Positions 12,699 through 25,399 of a DNA stretch of 64,000 nucleotides are shown here, one piece after another (the first letter of the stretch is position 1; every line of letters starts with the position of its first letter). A model generated the notes under the pieces. That model searched no databases, was not told the origin of the DNA, and was given only the letters and a program-made list of their open reading frames with translations. Source of the DNA: Camelus dromedarius (taxonomy: Eukaryota); assembly GCF_036321535.1 (NCBI RefSeq), contig NC_087440.1:43772001-43836000 (forward strand), read 5' to 3'. The position numbers were made by a program, and so were the translations under genes.

Positions 12699-13988
12699 TT
12701 TTTTTTTCCACTGGAAGATAACTTTATTGAGATTCCACCAGCTGTACAATCTGTTATGACATTAGGCTCCTTCTTCCTTGGCAATTTGGTCTTTCTTAAG
12801 TGGTCCCGTGAATGCTTTCTTCTCCTCCATTATCTGGAAGTGGCCATGGCCAAATTTGGAGGTAGTGTCAATAAACTTGAGATCAATCTTCTCCAAGGTC
12901 CACTGTTTGGTCTGCACCAGCAAGGACTTGCGCAGGGTGAGCACTCGCGTCTTGGTTCCCACAACGCAGCCTTTGAGCATGGCAAAGTCATTGGTCACTT
13001 CACTGTAGTGGACAAAGCCACCCAGAGGGTTGATACTCTTGTCAGACAGATCGTAATCAGTAGAGGCATTGTTCTTGATCAGTTTGCCATCCTTGATGAG
13101 GTAGCCCTGGCCAATCTTACAAATCTTCTTGTTGATCTCAGTGCAGTGATGGTAGCCCTTCTGCCCAGCCCGAGCCACAGAGAAGGCCACCCGGGCGGGA
13201 TGCCATGCTCTAATACAGGCAACCTTGTGCAGTCCTCGGTGGGTCTTCTGGGGCAGCTTCTTGGTGTGCCAGTGGCTGGTGACCCCTTTGTAGCCTTTGC
13301 CCTTGATCACCCCAGTGACACTGATCATCTCATCCTGCCCAAACACTTGGTTCACAGGGGCCTGATGCTCTAGCCTCTCATAGGCCCAGTCCAGTTTCTC
13401 CACCACAGTGCCTCCGTTCACCTGGATCTCCATGAGGTGGGCCTTCTGGCGTAGAGGAAGCAGGCACATCTGGGTGTGGGCAATGACACGGATGACCCGG
13501 CAGTGCTTCTTCATGCTGCTGAAGTCCCTCTCCAGCTGCTTCTTGCCGTCTTCATCCTGCCACTTTTTGCAGTATTTGGTGAAGGCCTTCTTAGATTTAT
13601 GCCAGTTCTTATAGAAGCGCCTTTTGCTCTCATCACTGATATGCTCAGCAAAGATAGTCTTGAAGGTACAGAGGCCTCGAGGAGTTTCCACATAGCCCAC
13701 AATGCCCACAATCACCATGGGTGGAGTCTCCACGATGGTCACAGCCCTCACAACTTCCTTCTTGTTCACCTTGGACCCTGGCCTATCCACCTCCCTCACA
13801 ATGTGGGTCATGCCAGCCTTGTAGCCAAGGAAGGCTGGGAGGTGCACGGGCTTGGAGGAGTCATCCTTAGGGAAGCTCTTCACCTTCCCGCGGTGCCAAC
13901 TGCTATGCTTCTGAGGCAGGAAGCCCAGGGGCCCAAGCCTGGGAGCGGAGAACTTCCTGTGAGACATCACACTGTCAAACGCTGCCTG
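12699..13988 (-). pseudogene. RPL3: Processed (retroposed) copy of ribosomal protein L3 mRNA, near full length
   Basis: Intronless RPL3-like ORF with about 21 nt of 5'UTR-like sequence (13968-13988) and a 3'UTR containing AATAAA (tttatt 12723-12728). Poly(A) appears as a T-run ending at 12707. Flanked by an identical 15-bp TSD tagaatttagttctt (12684-12698 and 13989-14003). Confidence 0.97.
12762..13967 (-). CDS. RPL3: Uninterrupted 401-aa RPL3-like ORF inside the retrocopy; functional status unknown, probably non-functional
   Basis: ATG at 13967-13965 (the ORF track starts one GTG codon earlier) to TAA at 12764-12762. Reads [10 protein letters not shown]...[11 protein letters not shown]. Two single-Lys in-frame deletions and many Arg substitutions relative to human RPL3. 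Confidence 0.6.
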   Translation of the reverse strand: MSHRKFSAPRLGPLGFLPQKHSSWHRGKVKSFPKDDSSKPVHLPAFLGYKAGMTHIVREVDRPGSKVNKKEVVRAVTIVETPPMVIVGIVGYVETPRGLCTFKTIFAEHISDESKRRFYKNWHKSKKAFTKYCKKWQDEDGKKQLERDFSSMKKHCRVIRVIAHTQMCLLPLRQKAHLMEIQVNGGTVVEKLDWAYERLEHQAPVNQVFGQDEMISVTGVIKGKGYKGVTSHWHTKKLPQKTHRGLHKVACIRAWHPARVAFSVARAGQKGYHHCTEINKKICKIGQGYLIKDGKLIKNNASTDYDLSDKSINPLGGFVHYSEVTNDFAMLKGCVVGTKTRVLTLRKSLLVQTKQWTLEKIDLKFIDTTSKFGHGHFQIMEEKKAFTGPLKKDQIAKEEGA

Positions 13989-14003
13989 TAGAATTTAGTT
14001 CTT
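13989..14003. repeat. Right TSD of RPL3 retrocopy
   Basis: tagaatttagttctt, identical to 12684-12698. Confidence 0.95.
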
Positions 14004-15104
14004 AAATCACACTTTCAAGATAGTGAGATGGCAATTATTGCTTCAGAAATGGAGAAAAAGAGGGACAGAAAGAAACGGTCTGGTTGAAGCTATGCAGATC
14101 AGAAGCTCTTCTGGAGTGGGTTTCCTTTCACCTACGTTCAGTCTGGATTTGTAAGTAGTGATTGTGATATCCACACGATCCTTTTACACGAAGATGATAA
14201 GCTTTCAGATGCAGATTTTCTTAATTTTGCTCATAAAACTTGTCTCTGTCTTTTTAGGCTGTTAAACTGAAATTTCATGGAGGTCTGAACCCTGGAAGTA
14301 GCAGTGACTGGGTTGAAGGGTTAGTCAAGTTAGGGAGAACTCACCCTTAGGTTTTTGTTGCTCTTATTTTAGAAGTCACTCTTCTCTTTTTAAAGCAATA
14401 TACTAGGAATAATGTGACTTGACTAATTTGACAAGAAAATTAAGGGTCAACCACTGTTGGTGTCACATTAGTCACTTTTGTAAATAAACAACTTTCCAAT
14501 CAGGAGCTTGATAGGCCATCTGGATTTGATGGTTTTCTCTAGCAAAAATAAATACTAAATACTGTAAACCAATCATTTCTAAATTGGCTACAGTACTAAA
14601 ATACGATACTCAGCATGTTTACTTTCCATTTGCTAATAGGATGAGATTATTAACTGTATTTGCTGTCTGCTTTTACTATACTGAATAAGACTGTCGAGCT
14701 CTAAAAGCCTTGGTGATCAATTAATTCATAACTGACAGGTAAAGGAATTTGTCTGAGTGGTGGTATGAAAAAGTTTAGATTGCGAATTCACCATCTACTT
14801 TTATGCAAAAGTAAAAATTCTTATGATTATGAAAGCAAATTTGTGAGGTCAAATGATTTCAATTGATTAACTTTCTTTTCTTCTAATCTAGTCCCTAATC
14901 CTATCTTTCACCACTTGCTATAGGATGAGATTTTCTCTTTTGGCCTAATGTGGTGTTTGATGCCTACTTTCCTACAAAATTCCAAAGATATGATTATATT
15001 TTATGATGTATGTTACAAAAGTTGTAGCTCTTTCATATGAATTTCCTAAATTTGGGGGTCTTAAAGTTAAAGATTTACTATTTTATTATGTTTAGTTTTA
15101 TAAC

Positions 15105-15330
15105 ATATAAATAGCACATGTGAAACACTGTGTTTTAGGTGCTGTGCCCAAAGCCGTACATGCATTGTCTATTTAATTTTCACATTAACCAACAAGGTAT
15201 ATACAATCATCGCTCCTATTTTAAAGACAAGGAAGCTGAAATTTGGAGGGTTTAGGTAACTGTGGCGCATAGTTATCAAGCAGGAGCTAAAAACACAAAT
15301 TTGCCTGACTGCAAAGCCTGTGCTCTCATC
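15105..15330 (-). mobile_element. MIR
   Basis: cctattttaaagacaaggaagctgaa...tgcctgactgcaaagcctgtgctct. Confidence 0.7.
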
Positions 15331-15539
15331 TGTTTTGCTACCCTAGTTGATGAATAAGAAAAATGAAGAAACCGGGTGAGGACTAATACATGAAAGCTGG
15401 GCAGAGAGGAAATCTGAAGTAGCATCTAATTCTCACTCTTACTACCAGTCCTGGCTCAAAACAGCACTCTTTGCTCTACTTGATGAAGAGGGGATAAACT
15501 TGTGACTGGTGGGAAGTAAAATGGAATTTTCTCTCACCT

Positions 15540-15900
15540 CTGACATCCAATCATTGATAAGTTTTATTGATTCTTTCTTCTAAACTTCTCTGAAATTCTT
15601 TTTGTTTCACCCTCATTCATACTGACGTGGTTTTTAAAGTCCCTCTTTAGGTCTCATCTAGTATCTTCTTACCAATCTACTACTCTCCCTGCCAGCCCAG
15701 TCCTCCTATCCATTCTACAATATTCCTTCAGTATTAAGAGTTAAATTAGACACAGCTTGTCCCCAAAGAGCTTATGAACTTGTATGAAAGACAGTATATA
15801 AATAAGCAAATACAAAACAATATGCAAATCCTCGATCTATTAGGTTCTGTGGGAGCACAGGGACGCCAGAATTTCAGGGAGAGAACTAAGGTAAACAGTG
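15540..15900. mobile_element. L2 fragments (mixed orientation)
   Basis: catccaatcattgataagtttt...ttctaaac and ttgtccccaaagagctta motifs. Confidence 0.5.
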
Positions 15901-15974
15901 ACATTTAATGGAAGTGCTACTTACTAATATTGGAAATAAACATAAAATATTATATTTATACTTTCGTTACTCCT

Positions 15975-16195
15975 GATGGTTATTGAGCTATTCCTTTGTG
16001 TTAGGTACTGTGTTCAGTCTTTTTACATATAACATCTCATTTAATCCTCATGACCACAGTCTGTAGTAGGCACTATCATTACCTCCACTTTACACACAAG
16101 AAAACCAAGTATTAGGGAGTTTAAATAACCTGCCCAAGGGTTACTAGTAGCTAGTAAGGGTGGGGCTAGGAATCTAACTAAGGCAATCTGAATTA
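15975..16195 (-). mobile_element. MIR (MIRb-like)
   Basis: catctcatttaatcctcatgacc...aataacctgcccaagggttac. Confidence 0.8.
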
Positions 16196-16214
16196 ATCAC
16201 TAATTTCATTTATA

Positions 16215-16490
16215 GGGAAAGAGGGTTTGAGATTGCATATATATTGCATTTGAGGAGTAGAGGTGTTCCAAAGGCAGTGAGTATGCAGATCTCAGGTTTA
16301 GGAGATGCAGAATTGGGAATCACCAGACTATACAGGTTAGCTGAAGCCAAGAATATTCATGAAAGTGCCCCAGGAGAGTGTGAGTTAGAAAAGAGGAGGT
16401 CCAAGTAGAGAATCTTGGAGGCTACCAACATGTAAAGGGAAAGGAGATGTGGAAGAATCACTAAAAACATGTCAAGGGAGCACCAGACAG
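16215..16490 (-). mobile_element. L2 fragment
   Basis: ggagatgcagaattgggaatcaccag...agaaaagaggaggtccaag. Confidence 0.55.
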
Positions 16491-16670
16491 GATCATTATT
16501 TGAAGGTAGATATATTTTGGCTGGTTTGGCACATAGGAGTTAAAGGAGATCATTGATTGTTATGAAGACTGTGCTTTAACTCTCTCTGTGCCCATGGACG
16601 CTTGCTTCTCCATTTCAGTCGACCTGGTTGACGGTGCCCTCCGTGACTCAGCTTTTATATTGATCTAGAG

Positions 16671-16897
16671 CCGGGGTCAGCAAACTTTTTCTATAAAGGG
16701 GCAGATAGTAGATATTTTTCCTTTGTAGACCATGAAATCTCTGTTGTAACTACTCAATTGTGCCATCTGTTGTAGCACAAAAGTAGCCATAGACAATGTG
16801 TAAACAAATGGATGCTACTGTGTTCCAATAAAGCTTTATTTACAAAAACAAAAGATGAGTTGGATTTGACTCATGGGCTGTGGTTGATTGACCCTTG
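16671..16897 (+). mobile_element. MER58A-like hAT-Charlie MITE, complete
   Basis: Termini ccggggtcagcaaac / ttgattgacccttg. Perfect 8-bp TSD atctagag (16663-16670 and 16898-16905). Confidence 0.9.
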
Positions 16898-19089
16898 ATC
16901 TAGAGTCACCGTCTTGGTTTGGTGTTCACGCAAAAACTCTCAGCTCTGGTCCTTTCTTCATTAGACACTTAGCTCCACATAGTTGAATGCTCTTGTACGT
17001 CTTCCTTATTCCTTTTTTATTCTCCTCCTTCTGGTATATTCTCTGATACATTCCCTAGTAAAATTCTCTGGCAAGAAAGATTTTTAATAGTTATTGTAAT
17101 AGCAGCTCCATAGGAAGGCTAAGATGGGAGGCTGGTAGTTAACCAAAATATGTCAATGTGAAATTCAGTGTTTTGGTAATCTGTGCTGTTACAACTCTAG
17201 CTTCTAAAATGCTTCCTACCCACCCTGCCCCCAAAATTCAGAATGTTTTATTACAAAGCAAGCTTGATTTGTATTTCAGACAAGTGGAATTGTACTTAAT
17301 AATATGACAAACTAGGTTTTATTTGTGAAGCAAGGATGATTTTGCTTCCAGTGCAGCAAAATCCTTTTTGGTGTGTTTTGCTTCTTTGAGAGTTTTGTAA
17401 TTTCACAAAAGAAAGAAGGGTCCCTAGCATTTTCTTAGATGGAATCCCCATGGAAGAACACACAGAGCGATTGCAAGATTACCCTGAGAATTGGGGAAAT
17501 TCAGTTCATCACTGAATATTTTAAGTAGAAAATGAAAGAATTCATTGCATCTCAGTAGAACTGAAAATTGGAAAATAAGTACTAAAACAGTTTACTTCCT
17601 GGTAAAGCAAGGGTTTAGAAGATACTGGAAATCTGCTAAAGCATCATTTTCCTTCCCAGTCCTCATCTTTAGGGCTCTTGCTTTGATTACGAAGTACATT
17701 CAAATCTATTTTTAAATTGAAAAATCCTTATTTATATACATTGATCTTTACACCAAGGAGGCTGATAGAGTAAAGCCGGACTCTTCAATCTTCCTGATCG
17801 TAATTGAGTGGTTTATAGAGCACATCAAGCCTGCTATCAATTAAACATACACTCTGTGATATGTGAGTTGAGGAGTGAAATACAGTGATTTTTGGTGTCA
17901 ACTCCGTTTGTGATAAGAAATCAATACATGAACAGCAGAGCCAGGAAAACCTTGAATATGGTTGCTATGACTTTCTGTGGCTGGGTTAACTTGTGCTGTT
18001 CCATCCCCCCTTTCAGGAAGGTCTTGCTGCCCAGCTGTGGGAAATGAAGTCAGCAGACAGCCTGAAGCTGTCAGCTTCTTTAGGGTTGGCCTCAACTGAG
18101 GTCATGCCCTTCAAGAACAGCTCATCATGGATGGTTGTGAGATGGGGTGGTGGTGGTGGTAACAGAGATCAGACCATTGCAGTCTGATGTGGGACAATAC
18201 TTGCTCCAGAGTTTTTTTTGCAGAGCAATTTAGTTTCTCCTGCCCAATCTTGCTTCTCTCCTTCTGTTCTCAGGGTTTATCTCTCACAAACATCTTACAT
18301 GGAAAGCTCCATCTCAGCACCTGCTTCCAGAGAACCTGGCCTGTGGTAGCAGATAACTGAACAGCAGTCCCCTGGCTTCCCTGTAAAAGGGATGGACCTA
18401 TCAGGAGGATTTGTACTTTGTGCCGTGTGGTTCCCAGTGGGGCTACGTTATCCCAGTCATTCACAGTCTCTCAATGGGTCCTCAGAGAGGAATGCCTTGA
18501 GGGATAAAATTCAAAGGTGGGTAATCTAGAAGGACTTTCTTCTGAACAGTCTGTAGAAACTGCTAGAAATCTGAGTCGTTTTCTGTCTTTGCCAAAAAAT
18601 TTTTAAAGTTTATTTAGAGTCTTCCTGGCATATGAAGTCTTAGTGGGAAATGCATTCCTTCCATTTTTTTCCCCTGAGGGCTCCTCTTTTTCATTTCTCC
18701 AGTTTTTCCTGGACAATGAGTCTTCCTGTTGCCTCAGCCTCTGTGGCTCCAGTTATAGGCCTGCTTAGGCTTCTGTGGCACAAGCTGGGAGAGGGGTAGA
18801 ATACAGGAAAGAAGAGGAAGCCAGCACTGGGCCCCATGCCAGGAGAACTCACCCAGTGACAGGCTCCGAGGACTTTGCAGGATGGGGTTCAATCTGATTC
18901 CTGTTGATTTATGGAAGGAGACGGATGTTTACGGAAGTTCTAAACGCCCTAGGCTCTTTCCACGTTGTCCTATTTAAGTTTCAAACAAATGTACAAGGTA
19001 GATATTTTAGAGTTGAGGAAATTGAAGTACAAAAAAATTTAACTGACTTGTCCAAGGTCATGTGATGGCAGAGATGGTGAAGAGTGAGT

Positions 19090-19605
19090 GCTGTAGCAGG
19101 TGTCACCAGTTTTCTATTAAATAGCCATTCTCCCTCCTTTAACAAGAGAACCCTATGTTTTAGCCAAGTTTGTTATGACCTGAAATATAATGATCTGTTT
19201 CCAGTGCAACTAGGTATAGCCATATGACCAAGTTCTCACCAATGAGATATGAGTAGAGTGTTGTGGGGGACTGCCTAGAAGTCTCTGAAAAAGAGGTGAT
19301 AAGGTTTTTTTTTCCCTTTGTTTCTTCCATCTTGTTGTATGGGATATGATATGATGGCTGGAGCTCATGCAGTCTCATAGACCATAAGAATATTTTGACA
19401 ATGAAAACCATGCAGCAGGATGAGAGAAGAAAGAGGAGAGCTCGAGTAAGAGATGATGCTGTGGCCCATCACCCCAACCCTGGATTGTTAACCCCAGGTT
19501 TCTTATGTGTAAGAGACATAAATTCTCTCTCTCTTCTAAGACTTTAAGCTATTTTCTTGTGGATTTTTTCTGCTATACATAGCTGAACCTAGTCCTAACT
19601 GATAT
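19090..19605 (+). mobile_element. MaLR solo LTR, MLT1J/K-like
   Basis: ctaggtatagccatatgaccaagttctcaccaatgagatatgagtagagtg...atagctgaacctagtcctaactgata. Confidence 0.75.
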
Positions 19606-21391
19606 GAATGCTAACCCCTTTTGGCAGGAAAGTCATTTCCTACTTGGAATAGGAGTTTAAAATGGATGTTTTGTTGTACATAAATATGAATACAATGTAG
19701 TTATTTTTAAAATAACACCATTAAACTCCAGATCTCCCTTCTAGCAGCAGTACTTAGGAAGTAGCTCAGGGCCTTTTTGTTTAACCACTTCATTCCCAAT
19801 GTTGTTGTGTGACACACACAAATGTACATTTAACAGATGTTCTTTTCATTGACTGGAATTAAATTCATAACATTCAGAGTTGCTGTCAGGGACGCAAATC
19901 TTTAGTCTCTGTTTCTACATCCTCTAGTTTCCTGTATCCTCATAAAAACATGGCAGCTTCCACCCAGTTGTATTTTAAAAAACATTTACCTTTCTTTTGC
20001 ACATTTTTTAGGAAAAATAAGAGGCTTATTCTCTGACAGAGAAAGACTTTTAACTCAGCCGGGGTGAGTGACTTGATCTCTAACCTGTGGCATTTTTGTT
20101 CTGAGGGCACCTCACAACCAAAGTGAACACTGCAATAGAGCAAATAGAGATTAGAGCCAAGGAATCGCTGGAGTGAATGTTTGCATCTGACTCTGATTAC
20201 AATAAGCGATGTGGCCTAGCTGGCAAATGCTGTATTTTCACAACTGACAGACCAAGCAGCCTGCAGCAATCAGCAAAAGGTGGCTTATTTTGAGCAAAAA
20301 CATCCATCAGACTGTGAAGAGGAAAGCAGAGCTGCAATCAGTGGCAGGTTCTCCTGAGAGCTGCTGATGAAAAATGGATTTTACATGGATCAAGTGGAGA
20401 AGAAACCGCTGCTCTCTGTTTTTTTTAACCCCATTTGCATACATGGACAACTACACTGGAAACAGTCTGAACACGAAAGAGAGGGAAACTAGTTCTGTCA
20501 TGAGTGGGACTTTTCTGACCTGTCACAACACAGTATACCCAGTCTGTAGCAGGAATGTATTGTGTTTTTAAAAGGCAAGATAGTAAGCAATTTCAAAGAA
20601 AGATCTAACATTCACTCCAAACTTCTTATGCAGATGTATTATTTTCACCGAAATTATGATGGAAGAATTCTTTTGATGTAACCAATAGGATGGAGATTTT
20701 TGATAAGATTTCCAGTATTATCTATAGCAGCTTTATTTGATCTCACTAAAAAATTAGAATTATTTAGCTCTGTGAATCCTTCCATTGAATGATATATCGT
20801 GAAAGCTCTGTAGGTTCGAAGTTGGTGATCTGAAGTGAAAGAAAAGTCGTTCACGTAGGAATCTTCAGCTTTCTTCTTTAGATGGCATCTCCTGCTGTGG
20901 TTATGAGATTTTTGGTTTTGATATGTGTTAGAATGCTTGGACGTTTTTCCTAAAGTGGCAGAAAGAGTAGTGCCAGATACAAAATGATCTTTGTTTTTAA
21001 GCACTGAGTTGCTCTTTCCTTAAGGCCTACTAACTATGCAAGGCAGCATTTAGGACTGGGATTTGATCTTGGGGCGTTTAGGCTGTTCTGTTTAGTTCTG
21101 TGCTGCTTCCTACAGGGGAGCTGTGAGAAAAAAGCAAGATGATATATGGGTTTGGGTTTATTGCATCCAAAGTCACTATTCAAAAGCAGGAGATTTCTCT
21201 CCTATCTCCCAGCTCCCATCTTGTTTCCTGGATTAGGTCTTGACTTTTGTATTTGATCAAATTCCTCTACTTAAGTCCATGAGAATGGATTGTTTTTCTT
21301 TTTGGGTTTGCCGAAAAGTAAAATAAGCAATCCCAACTGCCTGTCTCTTCAAACAAGAGGAAAATTAATACTTTGCTCTAAAAGGACACCG

Positions 21392-22190
21392 CAGGCATAC
21401 CTCAGGGATATTGTTAGGTTCAGTTCCAGACCACTGCAATAAAGTGAATATCGCAATAAAGCAAGTCACAGGAAGTTTCTGGTTTCCCAGTGCCTAAAAG
21501 TTATGTTTATACTATTAAGCGTGAGGTAGCATTATATCTAAAAAATATGCATACCTTAATTAAAAAACACTGTTAAAGAATGCTAACCATCATTTGAGCT
21601 TTCAGGAGGCTATAATCTCTTTGCTGATAGAGGGCTTTGTCTCAGTGTTGATGGCTGCTGACTGATCAGGGTGATGGCTGCTGAACATTGGGGTGGCTTT
21701 GGCGATTTCTTAAAANNNNNNNNNNNNNNNNNNNNNNNNNNNNNNNNNNNNNNNNNNNNNNNNNNNNNNNNNNNNNNNNNNNNNNNNNNNNNNNNNNNNN
21801 NNNNNNNNNNNNNNNNNNNNNNNNNNNNNNNNNNNNNNNNNNNNAGAGATGGGTAATGGCTGGTCAGTGAATCAGTTGGAACACACATTTATCAATTAAG
21901 CTCACCGTCTTATATGGGTATGGTTCATGGTACCCTAAAACAGCTGTAGTAGCGACATCAAAGATCGCTGACCACAGATCACCATGACAAATATAANNNN
22001 NNNNNNNNNNNNNNNNNNNNNNNNNNNNNNNNNNNNNNNNNNNNNNNNNNNNNNNNNNNNNNNNNNNNNNNNNNNNNNNNNNNNNNNNNNNNNNNNNNNN
22101 NNNNNNNNNNNNNNNNNNNNNNNNNNNNNNNNNNNNNNNAATGTCTGCTAAGCCCAATAAAGTGAAGTGTAGTAAAACGAGGTATGCCTC
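21392..22190 (-). mobile_element. Tigger1 internal-deletion derivative with both terminal inverted repeats
   Basis: Starts caggcatacctc and ends aaaacgaggtatgcctc followed by TA. About 0.8 kb, versus about 2.4 kb for full Tigger1. Contains two N-runs. Confidence 0.85.
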
Positions 22191-23419
22191 TAATTACAAA
22201 AAGAATACTATCAAGCAAAGATAAGGTCCCAGTTGCCTCAGGCATGGCAGAGTATCAGTTTCTTCTTTTCGGCCACGTGCAGTCGTTGAGGGCCTAACAT
22301 GTGAACTCTGGAGCTCAGGCAAAAACTCGATGCAGAAGTTGTTATTCTGAAAGTGAGGTTACTTCCCTGTCTTTTATTATTCTCCCTAGGTTTTATTTAA
22401 AACATCTGTAGAATTTGAAAGATGTCACACTAAATGTCCTTGGTCACTCACTCACTGGCTAATGTAAGCATTTTATCTAACTGCTCATCCAGTTTGTAGC
22501 AACCAAGGACAGAGTGCTGTGGTCAGCTATTGGCTAAATTGTAAGCAGTTTCAGAGAAAGTTTCAGAGGAAGTCTGGGAATAGTGGCTGATATATCATCC
22601 AAAGAGCAGTATTGTCTAAAAAAATATATCCTGCTATTTATTTATTATTTTATATTGAATTAGTTCCCCAGTATCCTCTTAGGCTGAGCACCAGCACTGT
22701 TGCCCTGGTTACAGAAACCAACTTGGTGGATTAGGAAGGCATGGGAGACATGCCAACCTGAGCAATTAAAGTGGTAAATGCCAGACTCCATAATGTGTGA
22801 ATAGGTGTTTGTGCTAAATGTTAAAAATATGTGTTGCCACTGGGGAATGGTGGTGATCTAAGTATTCTCTTCAGAGCTCCCTGCGTTTCCTTGAATGGGA
22901 AGTTGCAGAGCATTTCGCCATCAGCGATAGGGGCCCTGTATCCTTTTATCCTCTCGGGGTGGTAGGAGCAAGCCCATAGGACTTATGGTCCATGGTGTCT
23001 TCTCCCATATTCAATTCTCTAGGTGGCATATTACATGATACTGTGAGAAAAGCATGCCTGCAATTCAAGTAGAAAGAATTCTAGAAGACTGACTTCATAG
23101 TCTTTACTCTCTGATGTATATTGAATGACAATAGCAGTGAAACCACAAACTGTTCATTTGGATAGGGCAGCCGTTGTGCACTTAGATATGACTGTTCTTT
23201 TTATCAAATCTCCTGCTATGTGCATTTATATGGTACCTTTCTTCTAAAGCTCTTAAAGCAATTTCAGTTTCACAATACTTGCGTGGATTGGATAAGAAGA
23301 AACATACTTCATCTTGCTGTTGAGATAAAGGGAGGAAATTGTCAGTGGCTCTCCTCAGCAGAACAGAACAGAGCACAGCTGGTGCTCAGTTTTCTCCACA
23401 CTGATTTCCCTGGTGTCAA

Positions 23420-23770
23420 AGAGAAGGTTATTAAAGAAGGGGTCCAGACACATGGGGGAACGGGGCCACTGATAGGTTTCAGGGCTTCTGTGAATTCCCT
23501 GATAAAATGTATAAACTGTAGTCTGCCTGTGTATTTTCCTGATCTGAGGGTTTGCAGGACTTACCAGATTCTCACAGGACTCGAGGACCATGGTCTGGTG
23601 CAGTGCTCCTCAAAACTCCCAGTAAATTTGAATCAGTCGGAATGTTTGCCAAAAATTCCTGTCCACGCATCCAGGGGTTCCAAGTTAGTAAGTTTGAGTG
23701 GGGCCTGGGGATCTGAATTTTCACACCATGTGATTCTGATTCTGGTGAACCAAGAGATACACTTCTCTAA
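23420..23770. mobile_element. Two adjacent old hAT MITE remnants (MER5-like)
   Basis: ggtttcagggcttctgtgaattccctg...ccagattctcacagg and cagtgctcctcaaa...gagtggggcctggggatctgaattttcac...gtgattctgat. Confidence 0.5.
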
Positions 23771-25399
23771 CATTGGCCTACCTTACCCCTGGAGGAGAGA
23801 TAAAGCAATAAAGGACTGATTGGAATCTTTGTAAATGATTGTTTCAGATTGTGGAGGAGATTAGAGTGCAGGGCCAGAGAGAAGATGCAGAGACTATAAT
23901 GGTGCACAGAATCCAAACAGCTTTGTCATGTGTCTTAAAACCTGAGTCGTATTTCAAGAGAAGTTAGCCTACAGTTCTTTGAGAGTAAATGATTTAAAAT
24001 GGAAAATAAAACACCTTATACAGGAATGATTTAAAAGATACAGTATATTAGCATTAGAAGACACGATAGTGTTTTTGGATTTCGCTTATCTATTTTATAT
24101 GGCCCTTAAGTAAGAAAAATAGGAGCTGCTGGCAGGAAACAAACGCTCAGTGAAGTCTTTAAATATTAAGTAGCCAGAAACTGAAATCTTGTCAATTTGA
24201 ATTTTAGAAATAAGGTAAAGAAGACCATTTAGTTGCATCGCTGGGAGAAATGAATTAGCTGAACAAAGGTCTGTTCTAAAGCAGGAAAGTATTTTGCGAT
24301 TTCTTGTCTCTACAAACCCAGTAAAGTATAGTATACGTAGAGGGATTTTTATTCTGTTGAAGGGAGCACTTCTGTTTCCTTCCCTCAAAGAGTGTGTGTT
24401 TGACAAGTAGTTCTATGAAACTATTATTCTAAATATAGTCCGACCTGAACTGGGAGACCATCCAGATTCAGTGCAAACTGATGGGTTGACCAGCTGCAAG
24501 AGTACAGTTTATTCCACCCCCGACCAGATCTTCACACTCCTCCAGGAACCACTCATGTCAAGGCCCAACACAGTCCTCTTGTTACTCTGTCACAATCCAC
24601 GCCACCAAATATACCTAGATGTGTGTGGCATCACACTTAAGGACAATTGTTTCATGAACTTTTATTTAAAGCTATAACATTAGCTCTCTACTTTCTCTGC
24701 TTGTTACTTTGTCATTTAGTTTGGTTGTAGGAATATGATGTGGCGATGAGTCAATTGCTCTGAAACCTCACTGCAATCTGTAAAGTACTATATTCGTTAA
24801 GTACCTTTTGGGAAGTACATAGTGTCTTTCTGAAGAGATTCTTTTTAAATTTAACAGAGCATTTTTCTGTAAATGTATTGACACGCAGAGCACAGAATGC
24901 TGGAGGCTGGCAAGATCTTTTGAGAATACACGTGCGTGGCTGATGAAATGCTATGATTTGTTTGGAAAAGCTTTTAGGAAATTAAATTGTGTTAAAAGAG
25001 AAGTGAGCTTTCTTATGCAGTTATAATGTACCCTAATGTAAAATTGTTGCAAATTATCCTGAAGAGAGACTCTGAGGAAAGCAAAGAAGGGTCCTGACTG
25101 AAGGGCTCTCCATCCTTCAGGTTGGCCTGAGTCAACAGAAAGCAGTCTTCCTGCCACTTTATGCAGCTTTTTTGTGATCCTGCTCGCCTTTCCTCCTGTC
25201 CCCGCCTCGATACACATGAAGTCCTATTCATTGTTGTATGACTTAAAATGGAAAATAAAATACCTTAGACATGAATGATTTTTTAAAGAGGCAAGTATAA
25301 TTGTATTAGACAACACAGTAGCTTATGAAACTGGCATACTGAATCAGGCTGAATCAATAGTTTTAAATAAATGGATGAATGTGCTAAATTTCTAATGGC

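Noticed and set aside
12756-13991. Plus-strand ORFs of 205 aa and 171 aa
   Set aside because: Antisense shadows of the RPL3 coding sequence; no independent start context or homology recognised.
14019-14157. 41-codon ATG ORF ending at a gtaagt donor, divergent from the RPL3 retrocopy
   Set aside because: No promoter features or recognisable peptide; likely chance.
16643-16652. AP-1/ARE-like gtgactcagc
   Set aside because: Single short motif without a supporting cluster.
20654-21004. 116-aa minus-strand ORF in unique sequence
   Set aside because: Non-ATG start, no recognisable domain, and no convincing splice sites.
23220-23819. 199-aa plus-strand ORF, the longest outside RPL3
   Set aside because: Starts at GTG, runs through MER5-like MITE remnants, and resembles no protein I recognise.
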